The notes beneath the pieces were generated by a model, which was not told where the DNA came from, did not search any database, and saw only the letters and a program-made list of their open reading frames with translations. A stretch of 63,864 nucleotides of DNA, counting the filler, from an uncultured Candidatus Sumerlaeota bacterium (GTDB lineage Bacteria > CAYMEV01), in the NCBI GenBank assembly GCA_964389675.1. It is 3 parts of 3 records of this genome, joined end to end, with 100 filler letters (N's around TTAATTAATTAA, not from the genome) between each part and the next. Parts side by side here need not be neighbours in the genome. Positions count along the whole stretch, not along the records: positions 30,667 to 61,168 come from CAYMEV010000033.1; 2 more parts are not named here. One strand, written 5' to 3'. Made by a program: the position numbers and the translations under genes. This document shows, piece by piece, positions 39,737 to 49,490 of the stretch (its first letter is position 1; each line of letters begins with the position of its first letter).

Positions 39737-40732
39737 TTAATTATTGTATATTTCTTTTTTTACTATGTGACATGCAACAAAATGTGAAGGTGATTTCTCT
39801 TCAAGTACAGGGATCTGCTCCCTGCAGATATCCTGCCTGTACCTGCATCTCAGATGAAACCTGCATCCGGACGGCGGGTCTATTGGAGTAGGGACATCAC
39901 CTTCAAGTATTATCCTCTTCTTTTTTATTCCGGGATCAGGAACAGGAATAGCCGAAAGCAGGGCCTGTGTATAGGGGTGCATAGGATTCCTGTACAGCTC
40001 ATTCCCATCAGCTATCTCAGCTATCTTGCCGAGATACATCACAACTATCCTGTCACTGACATGTTTTACGACAGCAAGGTCATGTGCAATGAATATATAT
40101 GTAAGGTTATATTTGTCTTGAAGCTCGATCAGAAGGTTTATTATCTGGGCCTGAATGGAGACATCCAGGGCGCTTACGGGTTCATCTGCAATTATCAGCT
40201 TTGGATTTAATGCCAGTGCACGGGCTATGCCGATCCTCTGCCTCTGCCCGCCGCTGAATTCGTGAGGATAGCGGTTAAGCATATTTGGGTTTATCCCGAC
40301 AGTATAAAGCAGATCCTTTGCCGCTTCCATTCTCTCTTTCTTTTTATGAACACCATGTATCTCATATGGTTCCTTTACTATGTTTCCGACTGTCATTCTC
40401 GGATTAAGGGATGAAAAAGGGTCCTGGAATATTATCTGCATTTCCTTCCTCTGTTTCTGCAGTCTATCTCCCTTAAGCTTGATAATATCCTTTTTATCAA
40501 AATAGACCTCACCTGAAGTAGGTTCTATCAATCTTAATATTGAACGGCCCACTGTGGTTTTCCCGCATCCGCTTTCACCCACCAGGCCGAGTGTTTCACC
40601 CTCATTAACAAAGAAGCTGATATCATCCACTGCTTTTACATACCCCACGGTCTTGGAGAATAATCCCTTTTTTACAGGGAAATACTTCACCAGATTCTTG
40701 ATATCTAAAAGCATCTTTTTATTACTGGTCAT
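39737..40732 (-). CDS. Oligopeptide/dipeptide ABC transporter ATPase (OppF/DppF-like)
   Basis: [40 protein letters not shown]. Confidence 0.93.
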   Translation of the reverse strand: MTSNKKMLLDIKNLVKYFPVKKGLFSKTVGYVKAVDDISFFVNEGETLGLVGESGCGKTTVGRSILRLIEPTSGEVYFDKKDIIKLKGDRLQKQRKEMQIIFQDPFSSLNPRMTVGNIVKEPYEIHGVHKKKERMEAAKDLLYTVGINPNMLNRYPHEFSGGQRQRIGIARALALNPKLIIADEPVSALDVSIQAQIINLLIELQDKYNLTYIFIAHDLAVVKHVSDRIVVMYLGKIAEIADGNELYRNPMHPYTQALLSAIPVPDPGIKKKRIILEGDVPTPIDPPSGCRFHLRCRYRQDICREQIPVLEEKSPSHFVACHIVKKEIYNN

Positions 40733-41702
40733 ATAATATACATCTAACCCTGTGATTTTTTTTAAGATTTATAAATTCAGGCATTTTCTTTTTGCATTCC
40801 GGCTTTCTTTTAATGCATCTGGGTTCAAAATAACAGCCTTCCGGAAGGTTCAGGGGGTCCGGAACCATGCCCTTTATGGTAAAGAGGTCTCCCCTTCTTG
40901 ATTCATCATCTATTCTCGGAATAGATGATAACAGGCCCTGTGTATACGGATGTGCAGGATTATTAAAGATCTCATCTACACTGCTTTCCTCGATAATCTT
41001 CCCGGCATACATAACAATGACCCTGTCGGCTGTTTCAGCTATTATTGAAAGGTCATGCGTAATTAAGATAATTGTCAGGTTATACCTGCTTTGAACATCC
41101 TTGATCAGGTCAAGTATCTGGGCCTGTATTGTCACATCGAGAGCAGTTGTTGGTTCATCCGCTATCAGAATAGAAGGGTTAGTTGACAGGGCCATTGCGA
41201 TCATAACCCTCTGCCTCATGCCCCCGGACAAATTATGAGGATATTCATTAATTCTCTTCTCAGGATCTGGAATGCTCACCAGCCTCAGAAGTTCAATGGC
41301 TTTTTCCCTGGCTTCCTTTTTTGATACCTTCTGGTGCAGCACGATTGCTTCAATAATCTGGTAGCCTACAGTAAATACAGGGTTCAGGCTTGTCATGGGT
41401 TCCTGAAATATCATTGAAATCTCATTCCCTCTGATCTCTCTCATCTCACTCTCTTTCAGGCCTAACAGATTTGTCTTGTTATATATGATCTCTCCTCCTA
41501 TGATACGGCCAGGAGGCCAGTTTATAAGCCTCAGTATGGAAAGGGATGTCACACTCTTTCCGCATCCGGATTCTCCTACTATGCCAATGGTCTGGCCCCT
41601 TTCCACTTCAAAGGATATATCGTCAACAGCTTTTACCACACCCTGTTCCGTATAAAAATAGGTTTTTAAACCATTAACTTCAAGAATAATATCTTTTTCC
41701 AT
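40722..41702 (-). CDS. Oligopeptide/dipeptide ABC transporter ATPase (OppD/DppD-like)
   Basis: [40 protein letters not shown]. Confidence 0.93.
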   Translation of the reverse strand: MEKDIILEVNGLKTYFYTEQGVVKAVDDISFEVERGQTIGIVGESGCGKSVTSLSILRLINWPPGRIIGGEIIYNKTNLLGLKESEMREIRGNEISMIFQEPMTSLNPVFTVGYQIIEAIVLHQKVSKKEAREKAIELLRLVSIPDPEKRINEYPHNLSGGMRQRVMIAMALSTNPSILIADEPTTALDVTIQAQILDLIKDVQSRYNLTIILITHDLSIIAETADRVIVMYAGKIIEESSVDEIFNNPAHPYTQGLLSSIPRIDDESRRGDLFTIKGMVPDPLNLPEGCYFEPRCIKRKPECKKKMPEFINLKKNHRVRCILYDQ

Positions 41703-41773
41703 AAATTATGTATTATTTTTATTTAGACTAGTAGTTAGATTAGATTAATAAAATATAAATGTCAAAAAAATAG

Positions 41774-44227
41774 TTAATAATTTTCCAGCCTTATATCAAA
41801 TTTATATAGAGATATATATGCTTCACCAATCTTAAATATATCACTGAATCTGTACATGGCAACATTATCGATATATTTTTCAAGTTCTTTGTTCATCTCG
41901 GATTTTCTTATGCTTATATTCTTAAAAATTATCTGCCTGTTCTGGGATGCGACCGATCTGATAAGCGATGCGGTTATGATATTCCTGTCCAGCATTGACA
42001 GCGGGCTTAAGACCTTTTCAAGATGCCCCGGATTGCTGGATTCTATCTCATAGAAGCACACAGTGGTTCTTTCATATATATCTGACCCGAAGCTGTTTGA
42101 GTATTCATGCCTGGAAAGAAGATCTATTATATCTTTTTGCCGGGGGTCTGCCTCAAGGCTCAGCTTAAAATAATAGCCTGCCTTCTCCGGCTCATTAAGT
42201 TTTAAGTATGTATAGCCTATGCTGTTTATGATCTCTGTATTTCTTTTATAAACATTATAGGCATTGAGATATGATTCGACTGCCTTATCCAGGGTATTCA
42301 TCTGAATATAGGTGGTCCCCAGATTATAGAACCCCCTTGGGGTATACGGATTGCTTATAATATACCTGGAATAGTACTCCTCAGCTTTGTTCATATCCTT
42401 TTGAAAATAGTATATCAGCCCTATCTTTGCATATATTTCTGATATAAAAGGGTATTCTTCAAGATATTTGAGAAATATGCCCAGCATGTCTTCGCCGTCC
42501 TTTATCCTGTCAATGATCATGCTGTCCGGAGAAAATATCTCAGGATATGCAAACCTGTTATCTGGCTGGCTGGCTGGCCTTTCCAGTTCATCAAGGCTTA
42601 TCCCCTTTTTTAGTATTCCATCATATGAATTGATAAGCCTCACAAAAAAAGTGCCCTGTTTTATCTTGAAAAAATTCAGGCCCTTCAGGTCTTTAGCAAA
42701 AGGAAAGTCATAAAGGGACAACAGGCTCGGGAAAAAATCCTGAAGGGAAATGGTATCAGTTCCCAGGCTTAATGCTCTTTCAAGCCTGTTCTTTGCAAAT
42801 ACTGCAAAGCCGTCATCCCGCAGATAATCAATTTTACTGCCCGCGATCGAGGATGGTTTTCTTGAGTTTTCCTTGTATTGAAAAGGATTTATCAGCAGAA
42901 CTATGCTGTTATCTCCAGAGGATCTTATAAGGTCAAGTATAAATGATTCAACAATGCCCCTTACCCCTTTTACAACCCTGTTATACCTTATATAATCCCT
43001 TACTGGAATATCTGGGTCCCTGGGGAATGTATACCTGATATACCTGCAGACAAATTCATCCAGAGACCTTATAAATGATATAAGTATATCCTGGTCATTA
43101 TTCAATGCCTTTTTTGTAAGATAAAGCTCGGCAAACAGCTGATCCCTCAGCCTTATAATCTCTTCGTCAAGGTCTTCCTTCCCCAGCTTTGTAACACTGG
43201 AAAAATTAGAATCAAATGCCCTCTTTTCCTTTTTTATGTCATCCCTGTCATCAGTCAGTCCGGCAGGGATATTGTATAAGCCCGGTTCGCAAAGATCAAT
43301 GCCGTAATCCGATATTACAGGCATGATGACTGTCTTACTGCTGTGTCCTGATGCAAAATACTCCGGGAATAATACAGTAATATTGCATGCATAATAATCA
43401 AATATTTCCCAGAGGTATTTGCTCCGGTACTTATCAAAATCATAATTGATCTTATCAAGGAAAAGCATTGAATTATGCGGCATTTTGCCTGTTATGAGCA
43501 CCTTTTCTGCATCATTATTACTGCAGAAGGGCCTGGAATTCTTGATAACTGCAGATTCAGCCTCAATAAAATCAAATTCCTTCCTGACAGCTGAATGGAT
43601 ATTTTTTTCTATTGCAGGGATATACAGCAGGATTATCCTGGGCTTTTTAACCTCTCTTGGTTCGCCGACTTTTTCATGCTTTCTGTCAATATCAAGCCTC
43701 TTAAAATAAAATTCATTGATAATTATCCCGTCCTCTATTAAAACACCTGTAAGGATCTCCTTAACCCTTTCATTTACCCAGACCCTTTCAATATTCAGTA
43801 TGGAAAGCTTGGGTATGGAATAGATAAAATTCTCAATAGTCTGCGATATCAGCTCCTTTAATATTTCATCATTAAAGTCATAACCGAATCTGCTTACAAC
43901 ATTCTCAATATTTGCCATATCAATGCTATAATTAAGGAATATGCTGTACTGAAGGCTGGCATCTTCCGATATTACAATCCGGGAATCCCCCTCCTGCGGA
44001 AATATAAGATCAATGTCATCTGTCTTAAGGTCATATCCCTTATATATGAACGGAATCCCGAATGATATCATGCCTGTCCTGATATAATCCCTTAACTTAA
44101 AATACTTTGAGTGATAAATGACTATCTCATCTGAAGATGCAATATTTACACTTAAAGACCCTATTATTAAAAGAACTGCAATAATAAATAAGCCCAGATA
44201 GATCCTTAAAAAGTTGTATTTATTCAT
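41774..44227 (-). CDS. Membrane-anchored protein: SPFH-like domain, degenerate alkaline-phosphatase-like domain, TPRs
   Basis: N-terminal TM; band-7-like region (GMISFGIPFI...EDGIII); LWEIF, ISLQDFFPSLLSLYDFPFAKDLKG; TPR YNLGTTY. Confidence 0.55.
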   Translation of the reverse strand: MNKYNFLRIYLGLFIIAVLLIIGSLSVNIASSDEIVIYHSKYFKLRDYIRTGMISFGIPFIYKGYDLKTDDIDLIFPQEGDSRIVISEDASLQYSIFLNYSIDMANIENVVSRFGYDFNDEILKELISQTIENFIYSIPKLSILNIERVWVNERVKEILTGVLIEDGIIINEFYFKRLDIDRKHEKVGEPREVKKPRIILLYIPAIEKNIHSAVRKEFDFIEAESAVIKNSRPFCSNNDAEKVLITGKMPHNSMLFLDKINYDFDKYRSKYLWEIFDYYACNITVLFPEYFASGHSSKTVIMPVISDYGIDLCEPGLYNIPAGLTDDRDDIKKEKRAFDSNFSSVTKLGKEDLDEEIIRLRDQLFAELYLTKKALNNDQDILISFIRSLDEFVCRYIRYTFPRDPDIPVRDYIRYNRVVKGVRGIVESFILDLIRSSGDNSIVLLINPFQYKENSRKPSSIAGSKIDYLRDDGFAVFAKNRLERALSLGTDTISLQDFFPSLLSLYDFPFAKDLKGLNFFKIKQGTFFVRLINSYDGILKKGISLDELERPASQPDNRFAYPEIFSPDSMIIDRIKDGEDMLGIFLKYLEEYPFISEIYAKIGLIYYFQKDMNKAEEYYSRYIISNPYTPRGFYNLGTTYIQMNTLDKAVESYLNAYNVYKRNTEIINSIGYTYLKLNEPEKAGYYFKLSLEADPRQKDIIDLLSRHEYSNSFGSDIYERTTVCFYEIESSNPGHLEKVLSPLSMLDRNIITASLIRSVASQNRQIIFKNISIRKSEMNKELEKYIDNVAMYRFSDIFKIGEAYISLYKFDIRLENY

Positions 44228-44273
44228 ATATTTGACTTGAATTCCTGCCTTTTCTGCTTATAATATTATACAT

Positions 44274-44852
44274 ATGAAATATTATATTACAATAACTATA
44301 TTGCTTATTATCACCTTGATCAATACAGGCCAGATCTTCTCTGAGAAATTAGACTTTAACCTGTGGTATATGAATGACATTTCCAGGATAACAAGGCTGA
44401 AAAGGACCGCAATCTCAGAAAAAAGGATCATATCAATATCACAGGACAGTTCATCAGTACACATAGGGTCAAAGATATTCCAGACATCCAGTTTCAGCCT
44501 TTCATCCCAGTTTAACCTTTATGAAGGCTACTGCTCTTCCGGAGATATATACCAGTACCCTGATACTGAATTATTCCTTAAGAACCATATCACTGCAAAC
44601 ATTTCGCTCAAAGCATTTGATGATTATTATTTTTCAGTCTACTCCTCATACGGTAAAAGCATGCTTTCCACAAACTTTGAAGAAAGTGTCTTTATTGGCT
44701 TTTACGGAATCGGCCTGGAAAAATACTTCACAGACAGTATCCTGATGTCCCTTTCCTATAATACCTATTACTATTCAGCTTACTCCATTCCCTGGGATTA
44801 CAAGCACCAGGAGAAGAAAATACTGGACCTTATGCTTAAGATGATCTTCTGA
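44274..44852 (+). CDS. Hypothetical exported protein, possibly an outer-membrane beta-strand protein
   Basis: Signal peptide, Tyr/Ser/Phe-rich alternating strands, C-terminal Phe. Confidence 0.55.
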   Translation: MKYYITITILLIITLINTGQIFSEKLDFNLWYMNDISRITRLKRTAISEKRIISISQDSSSVHIGSKIFQTSSFSLSSQFNLYEGYCSSGDIYQYPDTELFLKNHITANISLKAFDDYYFSVYSSYGKSMLSTNFEESVFIGFYGIGLEKYFTDSILMSLSYNTYYYSAYSIPWDYKHQEKKILDLMLKMIF

Positions 44853-44853
44853 T

Positions 44854-46194
44854 ATGAAAAAGATCCTTCTGCCATTAATAACCGCATTTACATTTCTCAT
44901 ATTCCTGGCAGGCATCCGTTTTGTAGAAAAGGACAGGGACCTGTACCTCACAAGCAATATTTTCCGGACAGAACCCAAAAAGCTCAAACCCGGGTTCAGG
45001 TTTGTCCCGCCTCTTATATACAGAATAAGCGATAAAATACCGGAAGAACGGCAAATACAGCTTCAGACAGCCAAGCCGAAAAGCATCAGGCCCGCAAACC
45101 TTTCTGACCCAGAATTGCTTTCCTATGTCAACAGCCTTTTCAATAATCAGGAATTCAAAAGGGCTGTATCAGCCTGCAGAAGCATCCCGGAGAAAAGGCT
45201 GAATTCCCGGGAGCCTTTATTGCTCCTTCTTGCTGAATCACTCCTTGAAACAGGCGATCCTGCCGATTCCTTATATTACCTGTATAAGGCACTCTCCATA
45301 AATATTAATAATTATAAAACCTATCTCCTTATGTCAAAGGCATATCTCCGCATGGAAAATTACCAGAATGCTGCTGAATCAATCTCCCAGGCATTACTGA
45401 TAAACCCTTATGACAGGCAGTCCCTTATTCAGGCCTTTTATACCTCCCTTTCCCTGAAAGAGCATACAAACTGCGCCCATTACCTTGATACCCTGCACAA
45501 TGCCCACAGGAATGATCCTGATGTTCTTGTAATTTCCATTCATTATTATCTTATAGACAATCCAGGCCTGGACAGGGCAAAAAACTATCTGGATATGCTG
45601 AGAAAGGTAAAGCCTGATCACTTCCTCCTGGATATGTATTCAGGCATATACAGCTATCTCCAGGCAGATTACCTGAAAGCCATAGAGCTTCTTCAGAAGG
45701 AGTGTAATATCCCAAAATACAACTATTACAGACTGCTCTTTCTTTCCAGGTCCTTTTCAGAACTGGGCATGTATAAGGATGCGATCCTGCATGCAAAAGG
45801 CCTGATCCCGGTAAGCCCCGACAGGGATGATTCCTTCTTCTACCTTGCAAGCCTGCATTCCAGGGCAGGCCTTATCAAGGATGCTGTTGAATATATACTG
45901 AAGATTGACGAAAACAGGCGCAAATGGTATTACCCCGATGCATACGAAATACTCCTTCAGTCAGAGAACTACGACCTGTGCATCCGATTACTGAAAAACA
46001 TGCTGGGGTCAGATCCCTATAATTATTCATATTATAACCATCTGGGATCCATTTACCTTAGAAAGAAAGACATGCTTCTGTCACTGCAAAGCTATAAAAA
46101 AAGCATGGAGATCTTCCCCTATCAGCAGGATATAAAGAAGATCATATCTGATATAGAAGCTGTATCACCAGAAAATAACAAGGAAGATCAGTGA
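44854..46194 (+). CDS. Membrane-anchored TPR protein
   Basis: N-terminal TM; many TPR-like helical repeats (ALLINPYD, YNHLGSIY). Confidence 0.8.
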   Translation: MKKILLPLITAFTFLIFLAGIRFVEKDRDLYLTSNIFRTEPKKLKPGFRFVPPLIYRISDKIPEERQIQLQTAKPKSIRPANLSDPELLSYVNSLFNNQEFKRAVSACRSIPEKRLNSREPLLLLLAESLLETGDPADSLYYLYKALSININNYKTYLLMSKAYLRMENYQNAAESISQALLINPYDRQSLIQAFYTSLSLKEHTNCAHYLDTLHNAHRNDPDVLVISIHYYLIDNPGLDRAKNYLDMLRKVKPDHFLLDMYSGIYSYLQADYLKAIELLQKECNIPKYNYYRLLFLSRSFSELGMYKDAILHAKGLIPVSPDRDDSFFYLASLHSRAGLIKDAVEYILKIDENRRKWYYPDAYEILLQSENYDLCIRLLKNMLGSDPYNYSYYNHLGSIYLRKKDMLLSLQSYKKSMEIFPYQQDIKKIISDIEAVSPENNKEDQ

Positions 46195-47897
46195 TTAAAA
46201 TACCGTATTACACCCTCAAAGACTGACTGGGCGGCTGACTGCCTGAATTCATGGTCAACCATATTCTCCCTGTCATCCTTATTGTTCAGGTTCCCGATCT
46301 CAATCAGCAGTTTGGTTGGTATTATATTATAGCGGAGGACTGCAGGCACATATTTCCTCCTTCCCCTTATGACATATCCCCGAAGGGGGACATTGGGGTA
46401 AATTGATACATTATTGCTCTCAAGCGAATGAAAGACCTCCTTTGCAAGGTTCTGGGAAAAGGCCTGAGATTTAAGGTTCGCACTCCTGGAGAAAGTATAT
46501 GTATCTTTGTACTTATATTCCTTATACCTTTTATAAGCCTGTGATTTAAGGCCGTATTTCTTATGGGTTATATACCTTGAATCAGCAACATATATCATAC
46601 TGCCGCTTAAGCCGGCATACAAATGGTCAGCATGGATCGATATAAAGATTATATTTTCCTCAGGGACATTATCATCCCGCAATTTTTCAAATATATAATT
46701 TGCCTTATACCACCTGAGATTAACGCCTACCTTTGTATTGCTAAGGTCATAGGCCGGGTCAGTTAGCAGGACCTCATTCTTGTCATGGCTCATTTTCTTT
46801 GTATCTGACGGGTTGAACTGCCTTTTTTTATCCCTTACTGTCGGATATACTTTTGCATTCGTGTTTTTTTCAAAAAGCTCCTTTAACCGGCATGCAATAT
46901 CATATACTATCTCATGCTCGCAGATATCCTTTATCACTGCTCCCGGATCAACACCCCCATGGCCTGCATCCAGAATAATATGCACATTCTTCAGCCCTGA
47001 AGCTTCAATATCTTTGCTGTACTGCAGGATCTCATTCTGATATTCGATGAATTCCCTTCTCTCATTACTGCTTTCAGGCAGAAATTCAGGAAGAAGATAC
47101 TCCAGCGGGATCTTCACCTTAAAGCCTATCGGTATGTCGTCAACCTTCCTTATCCTGCTCCTCTTTGCAATTATATCGGCAATATAGAGAACATCCTCTG
47201 CATGAGTCATTCCGGTAAATCTCACCACTACTGCAGAATAAAGAGCTTCACCCTTTTGAAGCTGATATAATGCATATTCTCCTTCCTGGTCCTTTCCGTA
47301 GGACAGCAGGCTTCTGTCCTCCTGCTTCCCCTGAAATGACCTGACAGTAATGAGGAACGGAATCTTATAGTCTTTCTGCCGGAAAACCGGAAGAAGAAGA
47401 TTATCAGGAATGACTATTTTCTGGTCCAGCTTGACCCTCTCATCCCGGAGCTTATTGTACTCAAGGATCTTCCTGAAATTTTCCCTCTTTCCTGTAAACC
47501 ACGCTGAGATCGAGTGTATGCTTTCAAACTGGCTTCTTGAGGCAGTATGCTGCCATCCATTCTTTGTTCGGCGATCATCGACAAACAGGAGCTCAATTGC
47601 TTTTCTTTTGAATATATCCTTAAATTTATCATAGGGGATCTTAAAATAATGTTTCTCGTTTTTCAGATCCTGAACAAGGTATTTTCCCAGTTCGCTTTTT
47701 TTTGCATCAATAAGAAGGTCAGCTATGACATCAATATTTTCCTTTGCTTCACATCTGAAAACCAGGTATATCTCCTTTTCATTATCAAGGGCCAGTTCCA
47801 GGTGTATATGGTTCAGGTATATATCAAGAGAAAGGGACCTCAGGCAGAACAGCAAAAACAATACTGCCGGGATAAACAGCCTTTTCATTCTGTTCAT
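46188..47897 (-). CDS. N-acetylmuramoyl-L-alanine amidase (Amidase_3) with LysM-like N-terminal regions
   Basis: ILDAGHGGVDPGA, EHEI, SIHAD, LIEIGNLNN; YQLQKGEALYS...IPIGFKVKIP. Confidence 0.85.
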   Translation of the reverse strand: MNRMKRLFIPAVLFLLFCLRSLSLDIYLNHIHLELALDNEKEIYLVFRCEAKENIDVIADLLIDAKKSELGKYLVQDLKNEKHYFKIPYDKFKDIFKRKAIELLFVDDRRTKNGWQHTASRSQFESIHSISAWFTGKRENFRKILEYNKLRDERVKLDQKIVIPDNLLLPVFRQKDYKIPFLITVRSFQGKQEDRSLLSYGKDQEGEYALYQLQKGEALYSAVVVRFTGMTHAEDVLYIADIIAKRSRIRKVDDIPIGFKVKIPLEYLLPEFLPESSNERREFIEYQNEILQYSKDIEASGLKNVHIILDAGHGGVDPGAVIKDICEHEIVYDIACRLKELFEKNTNAKVYPTVRDKKRQFNPSDTKKMSHDKNEVLLTDPAYDLSNTKVGVNLRWYKANYIFEKLRDDNVPEENIIFISIHADHLYAGLSGSMIYVADSRYITHKKYGLKSQAYKRYKEYKYKDTYTFSRSANLKSQAFSQNLAKEVFHSLESNNVSIYPNVPLRGYVIRGRRKYVPAVLRYNIIPTKLLIEIGNLNNKDDRENMVDHEFRQSAAQSVFEGVIRYFNH

Positions 47898-48502
47898 AGA
47901 TCAATATCTTCCGGTTCAATTACAAAATTGATATTCTTCATCAGATGCTCGATCTCACCCTGGATCTTCTCATCGATCTTTTTCTCCCTGATCTTCGCCT
48001 CTATCTCCTTCAGCAGGTCTTCATTTATTTCCCTTGCCCTGTATTCAGAGTGCTGTGAGACATATTCCTCAATCTCATCTCTCGTTACAATGGTTGAGGA
48101 AAGATAGCTGTGTTCAATAAATTTATATATTAAGAGCTGTTTTTCTATGTTCATCCTGAAATACAGGGGATCGATCCCGTATTTTTCCATAAATTCTCTA
48201 ATTTCAGGATCCTCTGCAATCCTTTTATATTCATCCTCAACTTCATCATACCTTATCTTAACAATATTAGTCCTCTTTATATACTTGACCAGTACCTCCT
48301 TCCTTACCAGCGTCTCGATTATCTCCCTGTTCGTCGCCCCTTTCCCGGCATTCTGGATCTTTGCAATCAGCAGGTCGCTCATGGTTATCACGATCTCCTC
48401 GTCGCCATAGGCGATTATGCGGTCCAGGAACTCACCATGAACTTCCAGGCAGATAATAAAAAAAGCCAGCAGAAAACAACTGTATCTGATGATAGTATTC
48501 AT
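47894..48502 (-). CDS. SurA N-terminal-domain-like periplasmic chaperone
   Basis: Signal peptide; LDRIIAYGDEEIVITMSDL, VTRDEIEEY. Confidence 0.7.
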   Translation of the reverse strand: MNTIIRYSCFLLAFFIICLEVHGEFLDRIIAYGDEEIVITMSDLLIAKIQNAGKGATNREIIETLVRKEVLVKYIKRTNIVKIRYDEVEDEYKRIAEDPEIREFMEKYGIDPLYFRMNIEKQLLIYKFIEHSYLSSTIVTRDEIEEYVSQHSEYRAREINEDLLKEIEAKIREKKIDEKIQGEIEHLMKNINFVIEPEDIDL

Positions 48503-48642
48503 GTTACATCATAAAATACAATAATGCCTGATGTGAATTTGTAAATATTTTATTTTTATGATGCCTGTTTTTTTTATTGACCATATTGTATTTATTGTTA
48601 TTTTGTCATAAGAAATTCCTTGATGGTATTTCGCATTTATTT

Positions 48643-48715
<73 letters not shown>

Positions 48716-48721
48716 TTTCTT

Positions 48722-49483
48722 ATGCCCTGCAAATATAAAAGAATAGAAATTAACAGGATTGTATCCTTTCTGGATGAATATCTGAACGCTGACAAATACC
48801 AGGACTACTGCAAAAACGGCCTTCAGATACAGGGGAACCCTGTTTCCAACGGCATAATTGCAGGAGTGTCCATAAGCTCAGCCCTGATAAATCATGCAAT
48901 TGAAAAAAATATAAACACTCTGCTCGTCCATCATGGCCTTATCTGGAAAAATACAGACGCCCTCCAGATCAAAGGAACACTGAAGGAAAGGCTGAAACTG
49001 ATCCTTGAGAATGATATAAACCTTATAGGCTACCACCTTCCCCTGGACGCTGACCCGAAAACAGGCAACAATATAAGCATAATAAAGCTTTTCGGCGATC
49101 CAAAGGAGCTGTATGAATTCGATGTTGGCTTTAAGGCAGTCTTTGACCCGCCCATTACAAAAGACCACATAATTAAACAGCTGAAAGCCAACAATCTGTT
49201 CAATATAGCCCATTGCCTTAACAAAAATGAAATAAGGAGCATAACTGCCGTTTCCGGAGGGTCTTCCCAGCTTTATGAGCAGGCATGCGAAAACGGCTGT
49301 GACATCTTTATATCAGGAGAGATAAAGGAACCCTCTTTCAGGCTTGTCGAGGAGCTTGGAGCCGGATATATAGCACTGGGGCACTATAATTCAGAGGTCT
49401 TTGGCGTGAGAAACCTGTGCAAAGTCTTAAAAGACCAGTTTAACCTGCAGACGGAATTCATTGACATCCCCAACCCCTACTGA
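48722..49483 (+). CDS. Nif3/YbgI-like dinuclear metal center hexameric protein
   Basis: DYCKNGLQIQG, VHHGLIW, YHLPLD, GHYNSEVFG, DIPNP. Confidence 0.92.
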   Translation: MPCKYKRIEINRIVSFLDEYLNADKYQDYCKNGLQIQGNPVSNGIIAGVSISSALINHAIEKNINTLLVHHGLIWKNTDALQIKGTLKERLKLILENDINLIGYHLPLDADPKTGNNISIIKLFGDPKELYEFDVGFKAVFDPPITKDHIIKQLKANNLFNIAHCLNKNEIRSITAVSGGSSQLYEQACENGCDIFISGEIKEPSFRLVEELGAGYIALGHYNSEVFGVRNLCKVLKDQFNLQTEFIDIPNPY

Positions 49484-49490
49484 GGCCCTG

